Shown here piece after piece: positions 19,046-28,048 of a stretch of DNA of 64,000 nucleotides. Origin of the DNA: an uncultured Gemmatimonadales bacterium (lineage in GTDB: Bacteria > Gemmatimonadota > Gemmatimonadetes > Gemmatimonadales > GWC2-71-9). The notes beneath the pieces are model-generated. The model had not been told where the DNA came from. It made no database searches and saw only the letters and a program-made list of their open reading frames with translations. The DNA is taken from assembly GCA_963828735.1 (NCBI GenBank), contig CAWHFW010000005.1, positions 2,176,001 to 2,240,000 of the forward strand, given 5' to 3'. The translations under genes and the position numbers were made by a program. Each line of letters begins with the position of its first letter. Position 1 is the first letter of the stretch.

Positions 19046-20107
19046 TCAGGGCTCGAGCACCAGCAGCGCGAATGTGCCTGGCACGAGGCTCGGCCGCGGA
19101 TGGGGCTCGCTGGGCGTCGGGGCCGGCGTCGGCCCGAACGCGGACGTCACGGTGTAGATCCGATGGGTGCGTCCGTCAAGCGCCATCGTCCTCGCGCCGG
19201 GCCGTGTAGTCACCGTCGAGACGACGTGAAAGGTGGCCGGGCTGTCCTCGTGAACCACGGTCAGCGTGCCGTCGCCGTTCGACGCGAACGCCAGCTGTGA
19301 CGAGGGATCGAACGCATTGCCGTCCACGCCCCCGCCGATCGGCACCTGCGCAATCACCTTGCCATGTACGGCGTCGGAGATGGCCATGATCTTGTTGTGG
19401 CATCCGCTGAACAGCAGGTGATGGTCGCGGTCGATCGCCAGGCCGGTGGGCTCCTCGCACGGCGCAAGGGACCAGCGCCGGAGCACCCGCATCGCCGTGG
19501 GATCGATCTCCACGATTTCCGCCTTGTCCTCCAGGTTCACGTACAGGCGTCCGTCGCCGGTCGTCACGCCGAACTCGGGCTTGCCGCCGAGCGGGATGCT
19601 GCCGATCAGTACCCCCGACACCGGATCGAGCACGCTGGAGGTGGCGGCGTCGCCGTTGAATGTGAAGATGCGCTTCGAGGCGGGGTCGTAGAGCACGGCG
19701 TCCGCATCGTCGGCGGCCACCGTCCGCCGGAGCACGTGCAGCGTGGCGAGGTCGAACATCGTGACGGTGCTGTCGTGTCCCGACGTGGCGAACCCATGGC
19801 TCGTCGCATAGACAAGGGCTACGCCGTGGGCGCCGTTGAGCCCCGGCACCTCGCCCAGCAGCTTCCCAGAATCTGGGTCCACCACCATCACGCGGGTCTG
19901 CCGGGCGATGAACAGCCGGTGACGGGCGGTGTCCACGGTGACGTAGTCCCAGCGGCCGTCTCCGCCGAGGGTGATATCCCTGGCGACGTGATACCCGGCG
20001 GCCGGAGGGCTCGTTTGGGCGGAGAGGCCGGTGGCGGGTGCCGCGAGCAGGCAGAGCGCCGTGATCAGACGGCGGGGGAGGAGAGGGGTCGCTTTCGTCG
20101 AGGTCAT
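19046..20107 (-). CDS. YncE-family secreted beta-propeller protein
   Basis: GRWDYVTVD, AHGVAL, GKPEF, CEEPTGLA and GARTMALD blades; signal peptide. Confidence 0.9.
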   Translation of the reverse strand: MTSTKATPLLPRRLITALCLLAAPATGLSAQTSPPAAGYHVARDITLGGDGRWDYVTVDTARHRLFIARQTRVMVVDPDSGKLLGEVPGLNGAHGVALVYATSHGFATSGHDSTVTMFDLATLHVLRRTVAADDADAVLYDPASKRIFTFNGDAATSSVLDPVSGVLIGSIPLGGKPEFGVTTGDGRLYVNLEDKAEIVEIDPTAMRVLRRWSLAPCEEPTGLAIDRDHHLLFSGCHNKIMAISDAVHGKVIAQVPIGGGVDGNAFDPSSQLAFASNGDGTLTVVHEDSPATFHVVSTVTTRPGARTMALDGRTHRIYTVTSAFGPTPAPTPSEPHPRPSLVPGTFALLVLEP

Positions 20108-20377
20108 GGAGGTGTCGCGTCTAGGGAAAAAGCGTCGGGGCCGTCCCGGGCCAGCGGGCTCCGCGTCATCGCTTGGAGGATAGTCAGGTTGCGTAACGAT
20201 GGCGCAGCACGGTTCGGGCACCGCCTGCCGGCCCGTCGCGAATGGTGCTTTTCGGCTGCGTGTCCCCTTCCGCACGTCGCGTCGCGCGAGACAGATTGAG
20301 GGCAGCCTCGAAGCCGAGCACCCCTGTCCTGTCACATCGAGCGAACTCCCTTCCTTGATATCCACCAAGGAGTCGCG

Positions 20378-20722
20378 ATGGAAGTCCACCCTGGCGTGTT
20401 CGTGTCCAGCATATCCACGGACGATTGGCGAGCCGACCCGGAGGTCGGCGGCGCCGCCGAAGAGCACGTGCTCTCCGATACAGGAGACATGCGAGCCGGA
20501 CTGAGCCGCTTCACGGCGGACGCGGATCCCGATCCGCCGCCCTGGAGACTGCCGCAGGCCGAGGTCCTCCTGGTGCTCGAGGGCGCAGCGCGGATCGAGA
20601 TCGAGGGTGGTCCCACGCTCGAGTTGAAGCCCGGCGACATGGCGTCACTCCCCAAAGGGGCGGTGACACGCTGGCATCTCACGCTGCCGTTCAAGGAGAT
20701 GTGGGTCCTCGCCGGCGCCTAG
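20378..20722 (+). CDS. Cupin (DUF861/EutQ-like) protein
   Basis: EVLLVLEGAARIE...LKPGDMASLPKG...W; AAGGAG RBS. Confidence 0.88.
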   Translation: MEVHPGVFVSSISTDDWRADPEVGGAAEEHVLSDTGDMRAGLSRFTADADPDPPPWRLPQAEVLLVLEGAARIEIEGGPTLELKPGDMASLPKGAVTRWHLTLPFKEMWVLAGA

Positions 20723-20859
20723 CGGACAGGAATTGTACGTCGTATGGGGACGGCGTCTCGGAGAAGGCCGTCCAACGCGCAAGCGGCTGGCGTGAGGGCC
20801 TGCAGCCGATTTGCAAGTCGTTGAATGATCACAGTCCCGACGGAGAGGAGCCCCGACCG

Positions 20860-21087
20860 ATGGACGAGGATCGCCTGGCCCGCGTGCTCGAGGAGATCCG
20901 CGATCTGCAGCGGCAACAGGTCGAAGCCTATGCCCGCGCGTTGACCAATCAGCAGGACGCGATACGAATGCAGCGGGAGGGAGTCGTCCGAGTGCGCAAG
21001 CTCTTGGCTGGCGTCGGTGTGATCATCGTAATCGTACTCGTCACGGTGCTCGTGCTTCTCCGATACGTCCTGCGGCACTATGCCTGA
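20860..21087 (+). CDS. Small coiled-coil protein with a C-terminal TM helix
   Basis: GAGGAG RBS; MDEDRLARVLEEIRDLQRQQ... followed by a hydrophobic tail. Confidence 0.75.
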   Translation: MDEDRLARVLEEIRDLQRQQVEAYARALTNQQDAIRMQREGVVRVRKLLAGVGVIIVIVLVTVLVLLRYVLRHYA

Positions 21088-22354
21088 GGATCGGCTCCGG
21101 CTGCGCCTCAAGAGCGACGGTCGGACTCCGGGCGCGGATGAGCGGTCCAAGGCCTCTTCGATCGAGCGGCAGCTCCTGCTCACCTACGATTTCCCGCCGA
21201 TCGGCGGCGGCATCGCACGGCTGTCCGGAGAGCTGGCCAAGCGCTACCCACCCGGCACCCTGCTGGTCTCGACCGGCCTCGTTCCGGGGAGCGAACAAGT
21301 GGACGGTCAGTTCCCGAATCCGGTGGATCGCGCCGGCATCAAGAGCACGCGGCTCCGCACCGTCCAGGGGCTTCTGGTCTGGACCCATCGGGTGAACCGC
21401 CTAGCGACCGCGTTCGACCCGGGCTTCGTCTGGTGCTGCAACCTCAAGCCCGCGGGCTTTCCCGCGCTGTGGCTCCGCCGGCGCCAAGGTATCCCCTACG
21501 GGATTCTCCTGCACGGGTCCGAGCTTCTCCTGTTGCGGCATCGCATCCGCACCTCGCCGCGAAAGCGCGTGGCGGCGCGGTGGGTCCTCCGGGATGCAGC
21601 CGTGCTCGCGGCCGTGAGCGAGTGGACCCGCCGCCTCTGCCTCGAGGTCCTGAGCGAAATGGGGTTACGGCGTGGGGAGAACGAGGTGCGGGCGATTCCG
21701 CTTGGCACCGACCCGGTCCACTTCCGCCCGGGCCTCGATACCCGGGCGGTCCGCACCCGGTACGGTCTCGATGAGGGCCGCTGGCTCCTCACCGTGGCGC
21801 GGCTCGCGGTCCACAAGGGCATCGACACCGGGCTCAGGGTGGTCGCGGGGCTGCGCGAGGCGTATCCGGATCTACGCTACGCCATCGTGGGCTCGGGGAT
21901 CAAGCAGCAGGAGCTCGAGGGGCTGGCCCGCAACCTCGGCGTCATGGATCGGGTGCGATTTCTCACCAACGTGCCGGACGCCGATCTTCCCATGCTCTAT
22001 AACTGCGCCGAGCTCTACCTCGGCCTGTCGCGTCCGGCGGAGCGGTTGATCGAGGGGTTCGGGATCTCGCTGTCGGAGGCATCCGCCTGCGGCATCCCGG
22101 TGATCGGGGGCCGGGCGGGTGGCATTCCCGATGCCGTGCGGGAGGGAGAAACCGGCGTCCTCGTGGACTCCACCGATCTGGCCGCCGTCGTCGCGTCGGT
22201 GCAGTCGCTGCTTCAGGACCGGCAGCTTGCCCGACGTCTGGGGGAGGGTGGCCGGCGAGCGGTGGAGGAATACTTCAACTGGGATCGGGTGACCGCGGAT
22301 GTTCGGCGGATCGGCGAGGAGCTCGCCATGTCAGCCGCGACGAGGAGCCGCTGA
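21080..22354 (+). CDS. Glycosyltransferase family 4 (PimB-like); start uncertain
   Basis: DFPPIGGGI, VARLAVHKG and EGFGISLSEA (Ex7E) motifs. Confidence 0.93.
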   Translation: MPEDRLRLRLKSDGRTPGADERSKASSIERQLLLTYDFPPIGGGIARLSGELAKRYPPGTLLVSTGLVPGSEQVDGQFPNPVDRAGIKSTRLRTVQGLLVWTHRVNRLATAFDPGFVWCCNLKPAGFPALWLRRRQGIPYGILLHGSELLLLRHRIRTSPRKRVAARWVLRDAAVLAAVSEWTRRLCLEVLSEMGLRRGENEVRAIPLGTDPVHFRPGLDTRAVRTRYGLDEGRWLLTVARLAVHKGIDTGLRVVAGLREAYPDLRYAIVGSGIKQQELEGLARNLGVMDRVRFLTNVPDADLPMLYNCAELYLGLSRPAERLIEGFGISLSEASACGIPVIGGRAGGIPDAVREGETGVLVDSTDLAAVVASVQSLLQDRQLARRLGEGGRRAVEEYFNWDRVTADVRRIGEELAMSAATRSR

Positions 22355-22430
22355 GTTTTTCGACAGGATTGGGAGGGAGCGGGGTCGCCCGACCAGGAGT
22401 CGGCCGCCATCGCTCGACGCATGGCGTCGC

Positions 22431-22814
22431 TCAGGCCCGCGCCTCCCGCGGCACCGCGTTCGCGTGTCGCGCGAAGCACCGCCAGATCCCGTCCTCGAGC
22501 CGCCACAGGTTGGTGAACCGGCGGTTCGTGATTGTGCCTTCCGTCCCGTCCGTCACCCGGTCGCTCCCCATCACGACCACGACATTGCCGTGGCGACGCA
22601 CGAGCTCGATCTCCGACGTCAGCGACGTGTGCCGGATGCGGCCGGACTGAAGCAGCGCCAGCGTCCGCGCCTTGTCGTTCACGACGTTGATCGGCGAGTT
22701 CACGGCAAAGTCCTCGGTCCAGAGCCGGTCGAGGGTCGCGATGTCCGCGGCGAGGAAGGCGGTGCGGTTCTCCTCTTCGCGCGCCAGAATGTCCTGCTCC
22801 CAGCTGTTGCTCAT
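22431..22814 (-). CDS. NTF2-like / DUF4440 protein
   Basis: CAGGAG RBS; DIATLDRLW...NSP...RFTNLW...W pattern. Confidence 0.85.
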   Translation of the reverse strand: MSNSWEQDILAREEENRTAFLAADIATLDRLWTEDFAVNSPINVVNDKARTLALLQSGRIRHTSLTSEIELVRRHGNVVVVMGSDRVTDGTEGTITNRRFTNLWRLEDGIWRCFARHANAVPREARA

Positions 22815-22959
22815 CGAGATCTCCTGTGCAGAAGTGCGGGGGCTCAAGCCCCGGATGCGGGTGAAACGTAGCCAGCCCTCCGCCGTTCTCACTTCGGTCC
22901 CCCGACCCCAGCTCGGCGTTCGCTGGCGCCCCCGCGCGGTGTCCATTTATTTCCTGCCG

Positions 22960-23853
22960 ATGCAGATCGGCATTGATCTCGGCGGCACCAAGATCGAAGG
23001 CATCGCCCTGGACGCGAGCATTCCGGTCGCCCTCCGGCGCCGCCTCGCGACCCCGCGCGACGACTATCCGGGAACGCTCGACGCCATCGTTCGCCTCGTC
23101 ACCGGGATCGAGGCCGAGGCCGGCCCCGGCTCGGTCGGCGTGGGCATCCCGGGCGTCGTCAGCCACGTCACCGGCGTGGTCAAGAACGCCAACTCCACCT
23201 GGCTCATCGGTCGGCCGCTGCAGGCGGACCTCGAGGCCCGCCTCTCCCGTCCGGTTCGCCTCGCCAACGACGCCAACTGCTTCACCCTGTCCGAGGCGAT
23301 CGACGGCGCGGGCCGCGGCTTCGAGACCGTCTTCGGCGTGATCCTTGGCACCGGTGTAGGTGGCGGCATCGCGATCCGGCAACGCATCCACGAGGGACCC
23401 AACCAGATCGCCGGCGAGTGGGGCCACAATCCGCTGCCGTGGATGACCGACGAGGAGCGCTCGACGGCGCGTCGGTGCTACTGCGGGAAGGTCGGGTGCA
23501 TCGAGACGTTCCTGTCGGGCCCCGGCTTCGAGCACGACGCCGGACGCTCCAGCCGGGACACCGTTCGGGCCGCGGCGGCCGGCGACGCTCGCGCCATCCA
23601 GGCGCTGGACGCATATGCGGAAAGGCTGGCGCGCGCGCTCGGTGCCGTCATCAACCTGCTGGACCCCGACGTGGTAGTCCTGGGAGGCGGGATGTCCAAC
23701 CTGCCGGACCTGCCGGCACGGGTGTCCGCCCTGTTGCCCAGGTATCTCTTCTCCGACACGGTTCTGACCAAGGTCGTCCTGAACTCGCACGGCGATTCGA
23801 GCGGGGTGCGAGGGGCAGCGTGGCTGTGGACCCCAGGGCAGGTACCTGCATGA
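22960..23853 (+). CDS. mak: ROK-family sugar kinase (fructokinase Mak-like)
   Basis: GIDLGGTK, KNANST, NDANC, GTGVGGG, GEWGH, CYCGKVGC, HGDSSGVRGAAWLW. Confidence 0.9.
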   Translation: MQIGIDLGGTKIEGIALDASIPVALRRRLATPRDDYPGTLDAIVRLVTGIEAEAGPGSVGVGIPGVVSHVTGVVKNANSTWLIGRPLQADLEARLSRPVRLANDANCFTLSEAIDGAGRGFETVFGVILGTGVGGGIAIRQRIHEGPNQIAGEWGHNPLPWMTDEERSTARRCYCGKVGCIETFLSGPGFEHDAGRSSRDTVRAAAAGDARAIQALDAYAERLARALGAVINLLDPDVVVLGGGMSNLPDLPARVSALLPRYLFSDTVLTKVVLNSHGDSSGVRGAAWLWTPGQVPA

Positions 23854-24968
23854 ACGCCGCCGCCGTCCGCGCGCTCTTTCCCGGCCTCGCGGACACCGTC
23901 TACCTCAACACCGCCACGGTATCGGTCGGCTGCGCTGCCGCGCGGGCGGCGTACGAGCGGGCAGCGGAGCGGTGGTCGGCGGGACGGCTCGATTGGATGG
24001 AGGCCGAGCGGGCGGGCGAGGACGCCCGATCGATCTTCGCGCAAATCGTAGGCGCGCGGCCCGAGCATGTCGCGATCGTGCCGGCCGTGAGTACCGCCGC
24101 CGGGATCGTGGCGGCGAACCTGCGGCCCGGAAAGCCGGGCGAGAACGTCCTGGTCGGCGAGAACGAGTTCAGCTCGAACTATTTCCCGTGGCTGCTGCTT
24201 CGAGAGCGCGGTTACGAGGTCCGCGCCGTTCCCCCCGCCGGCGACGGCTTCTCGGCAGATGCGTTCGCCGAGCACGCGGATGGGGGAACCCGCCTCATTG
24301 CGGTGAGCGCCGTGCATTCGCCCACGGGCTACCAGGCGGACCTCGCCGCGTTCCGTCGCCTGGCCTCCCGCTCCGGTGCCTGGTTCTTCGTGGACGGCTG
24401 CCAGGCGGCCGGCGCGGTTCCGGTGGACGTGGTGCGCGACGAGGTGGATTTTCTGGCGGCCGCGAGTCACAAGTGGCTGCTCGGCGCCAGGGGGATGGGC
24501 TATCTCTACGTACGTCCCGAGCTCCTCGAGCGGATGCGCCCCATTCTGCCCGGGTGGAAGGCAGGGCGGACGCCGCACGAGAGCTTCTACGGCCCGGCCA
24601 TGCAGCTCTCGCCGACGGCGTCCAAGCTCGACACGTCGCTCGTCTGGTTCGCCGCGCTCGCCGAGCAGGCCGCACTCGGCATCTTCCGGCAGTTCGGGAT
24701 TGCCGCCCTGCTCGAGCGCAACGCGCAACTCTCCCGCCGCCTGCACGATGCGCTCGGCGCGCACTGCCCCGCGTTCCGGCCGTTCCCGGAGCGGCATCGC
24801 TCCACCATCGTCTCCATACCCGTGCGCGATACCGAGGCGGTCATGGCGCGGCTCGAGGCGGCCAACGTGGTCGCGGCGGTGCGCGCGGGCCGGGTGCGCC
24901 TGTCCGCGCATTTCTACAATCTCGAGGAGGAGATAGATCGCGTCGCCGAGCTGATCGGCGACGCGTGA
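23850..24968 (+). CDS. PLP-dependent aminotransferase class V enzyme
   Basis: YLNTA, DGCQAAG, ASHKWLLG (PLP lysine), RLSAHFYN; ATGA overlap with mak. Confidence 0.9.
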   Translation: MNAAAVRALFPGLADTVYLNTATVSVGCAAARAAYERAAERWSAGRLDWMEAERAGEDARSIFAQIVGARPEHVAIVPAVSTAAGIVAANLRPGKPGENVLVGENEFSSNYFPWLLLRERGYEVRAVPPAGDGFSADAFAEHADGGTRLIAVSAVHSPTGYQADLAAFRRLASRSGAWFFVDGCQAAGAVPVDVVRDEVDFLAAASHKWLLGARGMGYLYVRPELLERMRPILPGWKAGRTPHESFYGPAMQLSPTASKLDTSLVWFAALAEQAALGIFRQFGIAALLERNAQLSRRLHDALGAHCPAFRPFPERHRSTIVSIPVRDTEAVMARLEAANVVAAVRAGRVRLSAHFYNLEEEIDRVAELIGDA

Positions 24969-25056
24969 GCGGCACATGACGATGAGCTCGATGCTCAGTG
25001 AGCCGGAGTCGTTCCGGTCAACGAGCACGCGCGGGGTTCGTCAGGTTGGAGAGAGC

Positions 25057-25242
25057 ATGCAGCGGCGCATCGTGGGCTTCCATCAGGATCAGGAGGGCGC
25101 GTGGGTGGCCGACCTCGAGTGCGGCCACGCCCGACACATGCGCCACGAGCCCCCATGGCAGGTCCGGCCATGGGTCACGACGCCCGAGGGTCGGTCCACC
25201 ATGATCGGGACTACGCTGGAGTGCGTCCACTGTGGGGAATGA
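25057..25242 (+). CDS. DUF3565 family small Cys/His protein
   Basis: IVGFHQD..WVADLECGHARHMRHEPPW..RPW..ECVHC; GGAGAG RBS. Confidence 0.85.
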   Translation: MQRRIVGFHQDQEGAWVADLECGHARHMRHEPPWQVRPWVTTPEGRSTMIGTTLECVHCGE

Positions 25243-25301
25243 GGTCGAGGGGCAGGAGGCGCACCACCATCGCATCGTGCGGGTTCGTTATCATTGAAAT
25301 T

Positions 25302-26515
25302 ATGCTAACCGCCGCTACCAAATCGCCACCACCAGCCGTCACGCCGTCCCAGGCCATCGCCGCGCAGGCCTCGTCAGCCGTCACCTGGCCGCTCACGGCA
25401 GTGCTGCTCTCCTCCGCCGCCATCGTCGTGGGCATTCTCTGGGACATCTCCTGGCACAAGACCGTCGGCCGGGACACGTTCTGGACCCTCCCGCACCTCG
25501 TGGAACAGTTCGGCGCCATCGTCGCGGGTGTGAGCTGCGGCTGGCTGGTGCTGCGCACCACCTTCGCCGGCTCCGATCCGCCAGCGCGCCGAGTCGGTGC
25601 GCTTCTGGGGTTTCCTCGGGCCGCTGGGCGCCTGGGTCACCATCTGGGGCACCTTCGTGATGATCACTTCCGCCCCGTTCGACAACTGGTGGCACGACGC
25701 CTATGGGCTCGACGTGAAGATCATGAGCCCCCCGCACATGGTCCTCGCCCTCGGGATGATCTCCGTGGTTCTCGGCGGCATGCTCATGGTGCTCGCGGCG
25801 CAGAACCGGGCCACGGACGCCGGAGAGGTACGGAAGCTCGCCTACGCGTTCGCCTTCGCCGGCGGACTGCTCGTGGTCATGGTGGCGACGATGATCTCGG
25901 AGTACGCCAGCCGGCCGAACAATATGCACCAGCCGCTCTTCTACCAGGTGGCGGCCGGGGCCTTTCCCGTCCTGCTTGTCGCCCTGGGCCGCTCGGGTAG
26001 GCTCCGGTTCCCGGCCACGGCGAGCGCCGCGGTGTACATGGGCATCATCCTGGCGACGATGTGGATCCTCCAGCTCTTTCCCGCCGAGGCCAGGCTGGCG
26101 CCGATCTACACCCGCGTCACGCACATGGTGCCGCCGGAATTTCCGCTCTTGCTCGTCGTGCCAGCGCTCGCGATCGACCTGCTGCTCCTACGCGGGCGGC
26201 CGCGGGCACGATTGGCTGCTGACCGTCGGCCTTGGACTCGCGTTCGTCTCCCTGTTGCTCGCCGTGCAGTGGTACTTCGGGGAGTTCCTGCTCTCGCCCG
26301 CCGCGCGGAATTTCTTCTTCGCGGCGGACCAGTGGCCGTACATGGTCCGGCCGGGGCCGTGGCAGCACCGCTTCTGGAGTGTCCCGGTGGATGCCGCGGG
26401 CAATCTCGACGGTGCGGCGCTGGCCCGCGGCCTGGGCTTCGCCGTGCTCATCGCGATGGGCTCCGCACGGATCGGGCTCTGGTGGGGCAACGGGATGTCG
26501 CGGGTGCTGCGATGA
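25302..26515 (+). CDS. Polytopic membrane protein with two PmoC/AmoC-like metal motifs; interrupted by two frameshifts (~25575-25590 and ~26185)
   Basis: Stitched from ORFs 25101, 25597 and 25976: [39 protein letters not shown] and many TM helices; about 405 aa if repaired. Confidence 0.8.
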
Positions 26516-28039
26516 GACCAGCGGCCGCTCGGCCCTGGGTCTCGTGGGACTCGTGGCACTGTGCTCGGCTCACGTAGGCAGCCCGGACGTCTGGTACGAG
26601 GGAGCTGCGGGACCCTACCACGTCGTGGTGTACGTGCGCCTCCCGGGCGTGGTCCCCGGGATCGCGGACATCAACGTGCAGGTGGTGGACGCGACGCCCG
26701 AGCAAGTCACGGCGCTGGTCAACCTGTACGATGCCAACGCAGGCACTCCGCCGGCGGATGTGGCCCGGCCGGTCGGCGGTGGCTGGTATGCGACCCGCCT
26801 CTGGATCATGGCGCCGGGCTCGAACAGCGTCACCATCAGCGTCAAGGGAGCAAAGGGCACCGGGACGACCATCGTACCCGTGGCGGCCGTGCCCAACCGG
26901 CGGCTCCCGCTCCAGCGCTCGCTCGGCATCATCCTCGGCGCGCTCGGCCTGTTCCTCTTCGCCGGCATCGTGACCATCATCGGGGCCGCCGTGCGCGAGG
27001 GCGTGCTGCCGCCCGGCGAGACTCCCCAGTCGCCGGCGGGTCCTGGGCGCGCGAGGCGCCATGGTGGCGAGCGGCCTGATCGTCGGGCTCGTGCTTCTGG
27101 GCGGATGGACGTGGTGGGACGGCGAGGACCGCGGCTTCGTCGAGCGGATGTATCGACCGTTCCCCACGGAGGCCGGGGTCGTGGGGCCGGGTCGCATCGG
27201 TCACTCCGGCTCGAGATCATGGACTCCGGGTGGATCATGCGGCGCGACTCGGTCTGGCTCAAGCAGCATGGCCAGCGTGCCTGGCCGCCGCTTGTGACCG
27301 ACCACGGCAAGCTGATGCACCTATTCCTGGTCCGGCAGTCGGACATGGACGCCTTCGCCCATGTTCATCCGACGACGGTGGACTCTGTGCGTTTCGATGT
27401 GCCCCTTCCCGCGCTGCCGGCGGGACGGTACCGAGTCTTCGCCGACCTCGTGCACGAGAGCGGGTTCGCGAAGACGCTGGTGACCAGTGTGGATCTTCCG
27501 GCCCCGACGCCCCGGCTCCAGCAGACACGGCCGGTGACGACGGCCTCTATCTGGGCTCCTCTGCGGCCGGAGATAAGGCGACCCTGGCGGATGGCGCCAC
27601 GGTGACCTGGGATCGCGGGAGCGCTCCGCTGGTCGCGGGCGCGCCGGCTGCGCTGAGCTTCACCGTGCAGGAGCCGACCGGGCAACCGGCGTCGCTCGAG
27701 CCCTATCTCGGAATGCCGGGACACGCGGTCGTGGTCCGGGACGACGGGGCCGTCTTCATTCATCTGCATCCGATGGGGACCGTGTCGCCCGCGGCGCAGG
27801 AGACCTTCACCCTGCGCCAGCAGGGCGACACCGTCGCCGGTGCCATCGGCTCACGGATCGCGTCCCAGGACTCGGCGATGGCCGTGGGCATGACGCACGC
27901 GTTTCCCGGCGGCCGGATCTCGTTCCCATATGCCTTCCCCCAGCCTGGCCGATACCGGATCTGGGTCCAGGTGAAGCGGGGCGGGCGGGTGGAGACGGCC
28001 GCGTTCGATGCCCAGGTGCGGACCGCGCTGCCTCGCTGA
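26512..28039 (+). CDS. Secreted, 2-TM-anchored His-rich putative copper-binding protein; interrupted by about 5 single-base frameshifts
   Basis: Stitched from ORFs 26232, 27061 and 27230; ATGA overlap with the upstream gene; [22 protein letters not shown] and YLGMPGH..IHLHP; about 510 aa if repaired. Confidence 0.78.
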
Positions 28040-28048
28040 GCTCGGGCT

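Noticed and set aside
25570..27520. Programmed ribosomal frameshifting in the PmoC-like locus
   Set aside because: There are too many shifts and no slippery heptamers; sequence error or decay is more parsimonious.
25302..28039. Calling the locus a bona fide pmo/amo operon
   Set aside because: Similarity is limited to motif spacing and topology. There is no three-gene CAB layout and no recognisable overall identity, so methane or ammonia oxidation cannot be claimed.
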